Of a DNA stretch of 64,000 nucleotides, positions 35,591 to 42,151 are shown in pieces. The translations under genes were made by a program, and so were the position numbers. The notes under the pieces were generated by a model. It saw nothing but the letters and a program-made list of their open reading frames with translations, searched no databases and was not told where the DNA came from. How positions within the stretch are numbered: the stretch's first letter is position 1; each line of letters begins with the position of its first letter. This DNA is from a virus: the IMG/VR virus record IMGVR_UViG_3300028800_000002, positions 1-64,000 of that record, one strand, 5' to 3'.

Positions 35591-36338
35591 TGGAGGTATT
35601 CTCACAGGCCCTGAAATTCGAAATGCCATCTATGCAGGGGACATTGAAATTGACCCGCTTGTTGGCCTCGAAGAAGGGACCTACGTCAATCCTGCCTCGT
35701 ATGACCTGACCCTTGGCAATAGGGTAGCAGTCTACTCACGTGCAGTCTATGCAGTGCTAGGTGGCGCGCATCGGGAGACCGACTCTAGCTTCTCAGAGGA
35801 TGAGATGCAGCGCATTGAACTTTGCATGGGTAATAACTTGTATCCTGATCCAACTAGAGTGTTGGATTCCAAACTTGAGCAGCATGCGCTCGAATTTACT
35901 ATGTACCCAACTAATGGTTGGTGGCTCAAGCCGGGAATTGGCTACCTCATGCATACGGCGGAGCGCGTAACTACCAAACGGTACGTGCCAGTGCTGGATG
36001 GAAAGTCCTCGATTGGGCGGCTTTTTATCACGGCCCATATCACCGCCGGTTATGGGGACCCTGGCTTCGATGGGCAGTACACTCTCGAAGTGGTGGCGAC
36101 ACATCCGGTGCTTGTTTATCCGGGCATGCGATTCTGCCAGATTCGATTCCACACACCCGTTGGAGAGCTTCTTGAGTATGGACATCGAGGTCATTACACC
36201 GGCAAGGCGTCAATGGGCCCTGTACCGTCTATGGCGTATCTCCAATTCACCGAACAGAGCGGCGACTCAACTGGGATCAATGCTGCTCCGGCGTCAGTCA
36301 ATGCCTGTTGGTCTGGGAGAGGATGCCACAATGGCTGA
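35583..36338 (+). CDS. dcd: dCTP deaminase
   Basis: VNPASYDLTLG, GKSSIGRLFI, TAGYGDPGFDGQYTLEV, PGMRFCQIRF. Confidence 0.92.
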   Translation: MPNGGILTGPEIRNAIYAGDIEIDPLVGLEEGTYVNPASYDLTLGNRVAVYSRAVYAVLGGAHRETDSSFSEDEMQRIELCMGNNLYPDPTRVLDSKLEQHALEFTMYPTNGWWLKPGIGYLMHTAERVTTKRYVPVLDGKSSIGRLFITAHITAGYGDPGFDGQYTLEVVATHPVLVYPGMRFCQIRFHTPVGELLEYGHRGHYTGKASMGPVPSMAYLQFTEQSGDSTGINAAPASVNACWSGRGCHNG

Positions 36339-36828
36339 AGATAATACTGTTGTAGTTGACCCATTCTTTAGTGCTAAGTTCTACGATTGCAAGGAGAGTG
36401 AGCAACTAAGCCACGACTCTGCTGAAGGAGCCATCGTGGACTTCTTCGAGGAATACAAAGAGGTTGGGGACGCTCTTGTTGCCGAGGTAGATGAGCGATG
36501 CCCACTCGAGGTCTCTGCGTATAACCATATCGCTATTACCGACGAAATGCTTCTTGATTGCGCGGAAGATGGGCTAGAGGCCGCTGCGGAGTCACTCAGC
36601 AACTATGAAGAGCTTTGGGATCCCGATGGTGATGGCCTTGAGATTACCAAGGAGCAATTGAAGGCTGTTGCTCCAAAGATGGTCGAGATTCTTCGAGAGT
36701 TGTTCAGTGGGGTAAAGGTCTGGGGTTGTGAGGTTGTTGCTACGCGCGAGTACAGCACGGAGGAGGTTGTAGCCATTCTTCGTGAGGATTCTCCGTCTAG
36801 GTTCCCGGAGGAATCCCCCAATGGCTAA
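36331..36828 (+). CDS. Acidic hypothetical protein
   Basis: GAGG RBS before ATG 36331. Confidence 0.7.
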   Translation: MAEDNTVVVDPFFSAKFYDCKESEQLSHDSAEGAIVDFFEEYKEVGDALVAEVDERCPLEVSAYNHIAITDEMLLDCAEDGLEAAAESLSNYEELWDPDGDGLEITKEQLKAVAPKMVEILRELFSGVKVWGCEVVATREYSTEEVVAILREDSPSRFPEESPNG

Positions 36829-37033
36829 AGTCGAATGCGCGGTTACATTCGACCAGGCCAAGAATGACCAAGGGAGGATGCAGGATTGCACCAAGGTGAC
36901 CTGCGGAAATTGTGGTCACACCACGCAGTCGTGGGGGACGGGCCCTGGTAGTGTGAAGCGCTGCCTCATGCTACTCAAGGAGGAGTGCCCTGAGGGCGAA
37001 TCCAACTTCTATGTAGGAGATGTTGATGACTAA
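36821..37033 (+). CDS. Small zinc-binding protein
   Basis: GGAGG RBS; TCGNCG...RCL...ECP. Confidence 0.7.
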   Translation: MAKVECAVTFDQAKNDQGRMQDCTKVTCGNCGHTTQSWGTGPGSVKRCLMLLKEECPEGESNFYVGDVDD

Positions 37034-37280
37034 GACGATTTGGGTAATGTGGAAGCCGGGGGAAGAACGCGTATACGCCATGGCGGTGCAGCCATCGGAG
37101 CCCTGGGCTACAAAGCAGAAGAAGGATGGATACTTCATCGCTAGCTTTGATGTTGAACTTCCAGACCCCACTGTAAGCCTGGTCGTGACGGGCCCGCTTC
37201 AAATGAGGGTGCACATCGCTGATCAGATTGTAGAGAGAATGCAGCCCTACCTGTCGCCCCCTGGTACAATCAGTACGTAA
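37026..37280 (+). CDS. Hypothetical protein
   Basis: AGGAG RBS; TAATG-coupled to the next gene. Confidence 0.65.
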   Translation: MTKTIWVMWKPGEERVYAMAVQPSEPWATKQKKDGYFIASFDVELPDPTVSLVVTGPLQMRVHIADQIVERMQPYLSPPGTIST

Positions 37281-37627
37281 TGCCGTCAGTCGCAAGCCCC
37301 TCTGCACAAGCCAACCAAGAGTCGGAAGGACTGGACTTGAACTTCCAGCTGCGGCTGGTCATCAACCAATCCTTGGGGGCTGTGCAGGGGAGGCAGGTGG
37401 CGGAGGCCTTCGCGGCCATTACTTATGAGGAGCTGGCTGACCAGCAGATAGAAAGAATTACTGGCGTTGGCACTACAACTAGGCCCAACGAGCTCGAACG
37501 GATCAACAAGATCGAGAGCGATATGCTGAATGCCGTTGCGCAAATCAGGAACATTCCTCCTGAAAAGTTCTTGATGAGCGATTCGTCACGGGACGTGAAC
37601 ACCCCGGTGGACCCTACTACTGAGTGA
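37280..37627 (+). CDS. Hypothetical protein
   Basis: Coupled start; TGGTACAAT upstream. Confidence 0.7.
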   Translation: MPSVASPSAQANQESEGLDLNFQLRLVINQSLGAVQGRQVAEAFAAITYEELADQQIERITGVGTTTRPNELERINKIESDMLNAVAQIRNIPPEKFLMSDSSRDVNTPVDPTTE

Positions 37628-37692
37628 ATGTGCCCTAGGCCACCACTCCGGTCTGCCTTTGCTCTTTACAAGCCCTCGTGCATAATGAGGGA

Positions 37693-38067
37693 ATGAGTGA
37701 CTCCAGTGCCCCTGTTCCCCCATGCAACAGCACGACGTGCAGGTGCTACCGAGAACAGTCTGATTTGACTCAGGAGCTGTTCAACAGCCCAGACCCGCAC
37801 ATTAGGATCATCGCGCACATGTCATCTCGGCAGCTATCGCTGGTTGAGTCCATGAACAATGTGCAGCTCACCCAACACGGGTTGATTCAAGCGGTAAATG
37901 GGCTTCGTGCAGACATGACAAAGGGGTTCAGGATCGTGGGCGAGCGCATATCGACGTTGCAGACTGATCATGGGGTAGTGGAAGAGGTGGTTGAGGAGGA
38001 CGATGAAGCACCTCAATCTGTAGCTGCCTCAATTGTCGGCACTATTCCGCCGAAGAGGCAACCGTAG
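37693..38067 (+). CDS. Coiled-coil hypothetical protein
   Basis: CATAAT-N6-ATG. Confidence 0.65.
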   Translation: MSDSSAPVPPCNSTTCRCYREQSDLTQELFNSPDPHIRIIAHMSSRQLSLVESMNNVQLTQHGLIQAVNGLRADMTKGFRIVGERISTLQTDHGVVEEVVEEDDEAPQSVAASIVGTIPPKRQP

Positions 38068-38137
38068 TCATGTAGTTTGTGACATCCGTACAGTTTTGGC
38101 GGATTGTCGTATGCTACAGTGTTTCGTGGAGGAGTTA

Positions 38138-38788
38138 GTGAGTAGTTGGAAAGCATTTGGTTGCTTCATTGCAGTGCTGTTGGCTTCATCGAAAGCTGGC
38201 GGGGAAGTTGACTGCCCCGATGGGATGGTACATGCACGCGGTAAGGTGTGCATAGACACCTATGAATGGCCCAATACTCCAGGGCATAGGCCGTTGGTAG
38301 GGGCTAGCGGTATTCCTGAAGGGGTGGGATCAGCCATAGATGCTGACATGCTTTGTCTCTCCGTAGGCAAACGCGTGTGCACTCGTGCGGAGTGGGTTTC
38401 AGCATGCCGTGGACCTGGCGGATCGAAATACCCCTATGGCCCAGAGTACAGAAGTGATGCGTGCAACACAGGCGCGCGATGGAAGGAGCTCGATACAAAA
38501 AAGGTAGCAAAGCGGGATTGGTACGAGCTAACGAAGCTCGATCAGAGTGTGCCGTCCGGCTCTTTTGAAAATTGCGTAAGCTGGGCAGGAGCTTACGATA
38601 TGGTCGGCAATGCCGAGGAATGGGTTCAGTGCGATGTTGGAGTTTATGGCTGGTGTTTGGCCGGAGGCTATTGGGCTTCTAAGAACGCCTCCTGCGACTA
38701 CGTAATTACAACGCACGCCCCGAACTGGCATTTCTATGAAACAGGCTTCAGATGCTGCTTGGATGCGGTAACTGATGAGGCCTGCTAG
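38138..38788 (+). CDS. Secreted FGE/SUMF1-like (C-type-lectin-fold) domain protein
   Basis: GGAGGAG RBS; signal peptide; CPDGM..VCIDTYEW, KRVCTRAEW, YPYG, YDMVGNAEEW, GFRCC. Confidence 0.85.
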   Translation: MSSWKAFGCFIAVLLASSKAGGEVDCPDGMVHARGKVCIDTYEWPNTPGHRPLVGASGIPEGVGSAIDADMLCLSVGKRVCTRAEWVSACRGPGGSKYPYGPEYRSDACNTGARWKELDTKKVAKRDWYELTKLDQSVPSGSFENCVSWAGAYDMVGNAEEWVQCDVGVYGWCLAGGYWASKNASCDYVITTHAPNWHFYETGFRCCLDAVTDEAC

Positions 38789-38801
38789 AGGAGTAGTTAC
38801 C

Positions 38802-39539
38802 ATGTTAGTACAAGCGTTGACCCCTTTGATTCTTGCCATGATTTTGCAGGAAGCCCCTAATGTCGCTAGAAACCCAAAGTTGCGTGATGACTTCGAAGCG
38901 GACATCACGGAAATGGTTTCTGTGCATGAGACGGTCTCTGATGGCCGCTTGATTGATGAGGGGTTTGACACATTGCTGCTTTCTGCAGTGAACTACAAAG
39001 AGAATCGCATGCGACTTCCTGCGCCCGACGGCGACTGCGGGATGCGTCACAAGTACAGCAATCTCCCAAGTGGTCAATGGCCCATCGGATACAAGCCTAA
39101 AGCCAAGGTGGTTTGTAATTCCGCAGGTCCCATGCAAATCAACAAAGGCTCCATTTACACGCTACCCGTTTGGGGTGAGATTCGCCATGAATTCCCAGAG
39201 CGCGGTTGGTTCGATGAGGCTCGTGGGAAATTGACAGGGGTGGATGCATTCACCAAGGATCAGTTGAATGATCCGGTAATCAATGTGCGAATTTCCTACG
39301 CCATCCTTCAGCATTGGAAGAATACCTGCTCCATGCCCAACGGAGATCCGGCGCCTATCGGCGTATGGCTAACAGCTTACCGTTACGGGAAATGCCCGGC
39401 AGTTAGCCATGGAAAGTACTACATTGACGCCGAGGCTAAACGTCGTTGTGGCATGGCAGTAGATTGGGCCAAGCAGTTGTCTTCTGACGACGATGGGGCT
39501 GCGTACACAGGGGCAAAAGAACCCCCGTGCACGTACTGA
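38802..39539 (+). CDS. SLT-like lytic transglycosylase with hydrophobic N-terminus
   Basis: SAVNYKENR (catalytic Glu position), AGPMQIN, LNDPVINVR, LTAYRYG; GAGGAG RBS. Confidence 0.6.
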   Translation: MLVQALTPLILAMILQEAPNVARNPKLRDDFEADITEMVSVHETVSDGRLIDEGFDTLLLSAVNYKENRMRLPAPDGDCGMRHKYSNLPSGQWPIGYKPKAKVVCNSAGPMQINKGSIYTLPVWGEIRHEFPERGWFDEARGKLTGVDAFTKDQLNDPVINVRISYAILQHWKNTCSMPNGDPAPIGVWLTAYRYGKCPAVSHGKYYIDAEAKRRCGMAVDWAKQLSSDDDGAAYTGAKEPPCTY

Positions 39540-39551
39540 TATGATCGTTGC
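39537..39551 (+). promoter_or_regulatory. Extended -10 promoter, leaderless start of GH25
   Basis: TG-A-TATGAT-N6-ATG; no SD. Confidence 0.55.
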
Positions 39552-40241
39552 ATGACTGTCTCTACGTATGGTGTTGATGTCTCTGGCTATCAGCCTGACG
39601 GAAGAGTTCCGTGGTCTGACCCTAGGGTGGGGTACGGTATTGTAAAAGCCACGGAGAATGTTACGCGTTCGAAGGGGCTCGCATACCATGTGGCTGCCAT
39701 ACGAAAGGAGCAGGGTGCGAGAATGGCGGAGGCTGGGGATGCAGTTTTGCAGCTTGGCCTCTATCACTTCTTCCATGTGGAAAGCCCCGTGGCGCAGCAA
39801 TTGGCTGCCTTCAACTCCGCGGCCATTGACGTGGGTTACGGCATTGGCGACATCATCCCAGCGGTGGACTTGGAGAAGTACTCTACGCATGCGGTGACTC
39901 CCGCGTGGCGAGAAGGGTCTGAGGAGTTGTGCGCTGCACTGGCGCAGCGTTATGGCGGTTGCATGCCGTACATCAATGACTCTGTTTGGTATGCGATGGG
40001 TAAGCCAGCATGGGTGTTGAACTACGATCTCTGGGTTCCTCAGTACAACTACAACGGGAAGTTACCTCTATCTGAGTGCACGGCTTCTCCCAGGCCGGGG
40101 CTCCCCAGGCTTTGGCAAAATTACGTTGGTCCGATGTTCGGAGCAGTAACTGGCAAGCTACAGGAGAGTAATTCTCCCGTGGGTGTAGACCAGAACATGC
40201 TGTACGGTGAGTTCCAGTTGATCCTCTCGCTTGACAGCTAG
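39552..40241 (+). CDS. GH25 muramidase (endolysin)
   Basis: YGVDVSGYQ, IVKATE, GLYHFF, catalytic DxE in AVDLEK. Confidence 0.88.
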   Translation: MTVSTYGVDVSGYQPDGRVPWSDPRVGYGIVKATENVTRSKGLAYHVAAIRKEQGARMAEAGDAVLQLGLYHFFHVESPVAQQLAAFNSAAIDVGYGIGDIIPAVDLEKYSTHAVTPAWREGSEELCAALAQRYGGCMPYINDSVWYAMGKPAWVLNYDLWVPQYNYNGKLPLSECTASPRPGLPRLWQNYVGPMFGAVTGKLQESNSPVGVDQNMLYGEFQLILSLDS

Positions 40242-40331
40242 TCGGGTGGGTTGTAACTTCTGCGGGCGTACTTGATTCTCGACTGCAGATTTGGCATTGT
40301 TCTCACGGATACGTTGAAGCGAAGCGATGAG

Positions 40332-40371
40332 CAGCCTCCTGACACCACAGGGGGCTGTTCTTTTTTTAGCT
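40332..40371 (+). terminator. Intrinsic terminator after the lysis enzymes
   Basis: CAGCCTCCTG/CAGGGGGCTG stem then TTCTTTTTTTAGCT. Confidence 0.8.
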
Positions 40372-40379
40372 CCTTGTTG

Positions 40380-40393
40380 TGTTAGTATGAATC
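40380..40393 (+). promoter_or_regulatory. Extended -10 promoter, leaderless start of the gp25-like gene
   Basis: TG-T-TAGTAT-N5-ATG; no SD. Confidence 0.55.
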
Positions 40394-41050
40394 ATGCCCG
40401 TCGACTTCCAGGTCTGTTTTCCTCAGGAGACCGCGAAGATCAGTAAGGTCAGGACTGTCCCAGGGCTGGCCGTGCGCACGCTGGATATCTATGGCGATGA
40501 CTTCTTGGCAGCGGAGGATGTGCTGCTCAATCAGGTTTCAGTTCCATCGTTCATTGTGCTCAGTAAGAACCGGCTCTTGGCGGAGGTGCCGCAACTGCTG
40601 ATTTCTTCCACCATAACCTCAGTGATGGTTCTCAGTCGGCGTTTGCTGATCTCCTCGCGCAGCTACATTCGTTTCAATATCGGCCGAACTCCGAGCAAGA
40701 CACGCGGCATTTTGAAGTTGATGCAACTGTTCTTGAAGCTGCTGCTGACTACTCCGGGCTCCGACATCTTTGCCCCAAAGTCTGGAGGAGGGGCACTAGT
40801 GCATCTTGGGCAAAGCGTGAGCACTGACGAGGGGACTGATATCGTAGCCGACTTCATAGTAAGCGTAGATTCAACGGCTCGTCAAATAGTGCAAATACAA
40901 GGGCGCACTCAGTCAGCGCCGCCCGACGAGCGACTGCTGTCGGCGAAGGTCTTGTCGGCTGGATTCAACAAGAACGAGACAGCCATCGTGGTGAGTATTG
41001 AGTTGACCTCGCAGGCAGGTGTCAGCGCTGTTGCCCGCTTCACTGCCTAA
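40394..41050 (+). CDS. Baseplate wedge protein, gp25/gpW-like with N-terminal Ig-like domain
   Basis: LKLLLTTPGSDIF..GGG resembles gp25-like proteins; first gene of the baseplate cluster. Confidence 0.6.
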   Translation: MPVDFQVCFPQETAKISKVRTVPGLAVRTLDIYGDDFLAAEDVLLNQVSVPSFIVLSKNRLLAEVPQLLISSTITSVMVLSRRLLISSRSYIRFNIGRTPSKTRGILKLMQLFLKLLLTTPGSDIFAPKSGGGALVHLGQSVSTDEGTDIVADFIVSVDSTARQIVQIQGRTQSAPPDERLLSAKVLSAGFNKNETAIVVSIELTSQAGVSAVARFTA

Positions 41051-41055
41051 TGGGT

Positions 41056-41086
41056 AGCTAAACAGTGCGCACGCCGCAAGGCGTGC
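41056..41086. terminator. Intrinsic terminator
   Basis: GCACGCC-GCAA-GGCGTGC; minus tail TTTAGCT. Confidence 0.7.
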
Positions 41087-41163
41087 CCTTGCCTGAGTGG
41101 CAACTTTCTCTTGCGAGACAACGCAGCTCTTATCTTAGTGATTCGCGCAAATGCTATGGACTC
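41056..41163 (-). ncRNA. Candidate small RNA (about 105 nt)
   Basis: Repeat promoter at 41170-41198; no SD or ATG; three hairpins; ends in a TTTAGCT terminator. Confidence 0.45.
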
Positions 41164-41169
41164 AAAATA

Positions 41170-41198
41170 CTTATGCCCGAACCCTGTCTGGAATTGAG
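41170..41198 (-). promoter_or_regulatory. Repeat promoter copy with no downstream RBS or ORF
   Basis: CTCAAT-N17(ends TTCGGG)-CATAAG. Confidence 0.65.
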
Positions 41199-41199
41199 G

Positions 41200-41235
41200 A
41201 GCTAAAAAGAAGAACCAGCTTGTGGCTAGTTCTTC
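41200..41235 (-). terminator. Intrinsic terminator after the lipoprotein gene
   Basis: GAAGAAC..AGC/GCT..GTTCTTC stem; tail TTTTTAGCT. Confidence 0.7.
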
Positions 41236-41246
41236 CTCTGGTGCAG

Positions 41247-42080
41247 TTAGCAAGATACCGCTCCATGCGCTCCGTAGTACTCCGTGCAACAACTGGTTTG
41301 ACAGTTAGCGCAGGATGCATGCAATGGATCGATCTCGCAACTGCCTCCCCATGCATAGCAGGCGCTTATGCATGCGTTGTACTCGGCTTCCACCAACGTG
41401 GATCCGCCAGTACCCTGGCTCGCTCCACCCGTTGATGATTTTCCACCGGTTGTCAGTGCACCACCAGTGCCTTGGTTTCCACCAGTAGTTGATGCGCCGC
41501 CAGTATTAGATGCTCCTCCAGTGCCTGCGTCAGGGCAGCCATAGGTGTTTAGGCAGATTTGGTAGTCTGCGGGGTTTCCGATAAGTCCTTCGCAGCCCTG
41601 CTTGGCAACGTCCAAGCATGTGGCATTTCCGCCAGTGCCCAGGGCACCGCCAGTCCCAAAAGAACCTCCAGTGGTTTTTGCTCCACCCGTCCCTTGGTTA
41701 GACTTGCCTCCAGTGGCAGGTGTTCCGCCAGTAGCCGGTGAGCCACCAGTAGTTTTTGTGCCACCTGTTGCCTGTGTGGTGCTAATTGAACTGGAACCTC
41801 CTGTTGCCTGCTGCCCGCCTGTGGTCGGTAGCGTTGTAGCTTCCCATGTATTTCCACCGGTGGATGAGGCGGTTGATGTCGGCGCGTTAGTTGAACCACC
41901 GGTAATGGTCTGAGATGTGTTTGATGATCCGCCTGTTGCATCTGGTTGAGTTGTAGTTTGTACTGCCGACATCCCTGCTACGTTGTCTATTACGGAGGGA
42001 GGTGGGGCTGCCACATCAACGTTGCCGCAGGCAGCCATAGCCATGGACAGCAGTAAACCTTCGAGGAATTTAGTAGTCAT
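41247..42080 (-). CDS. Lipoprotein with Thr/Gly (TGG) low-complexity repeats and Cys-rich domains
   Basis: Lipobox-like AMAAC; many TGG repeats; Cys clusters; repeat promoter and RBS upstream. Confidence 0.8.
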   Translation of the reverse strand: MTTKFLEGLLLSMAMAACGNVDVAAPPPSVIDNVAGMSAVQTTTQPDATGGSSNTSQTITGGSTNAPTSTASSTGGNTWEATTLPTTGGQQATGGSSSISTTQATGGTKTTGGSPATGGTPATGGKSNQGTGGAKTTGGSFGTGGALGTGGNATCLDVAKQGCEGLIGNPADYQICLNTYGCPDAGTGGASNTGGASTTGGNQGTGGALTTGGKSSTGGASQGTGGSTLVEAEYNACISACYAWGGSCEIDPLHASCANCQTSCCTEYYGAHGAVSC

Positions 42081-42100
42081 AGTGTTCTCCTTCTACCTTT

Positions 42101-42129
42101 CTTATTCCCGAATTTTCGGTGTTCTTACA
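42101..42129 (-). promoter_or_regulatory. Repeat promoter copy
   Basis: TGTAAG-N17(ends TTCGGG)-AATAAG-AAAGGTAGAAGGAG. Confidence 0.7.
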
Positions 42130-42151
42130 TGCTATGCTATGTCTAAGCACA

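Noticed and set aside
38138-38788. FGE domain as a diversity-generating retroelement target
   Set aside because: No template repeat differing at adenines and no reverse transcriptase seen in the window.
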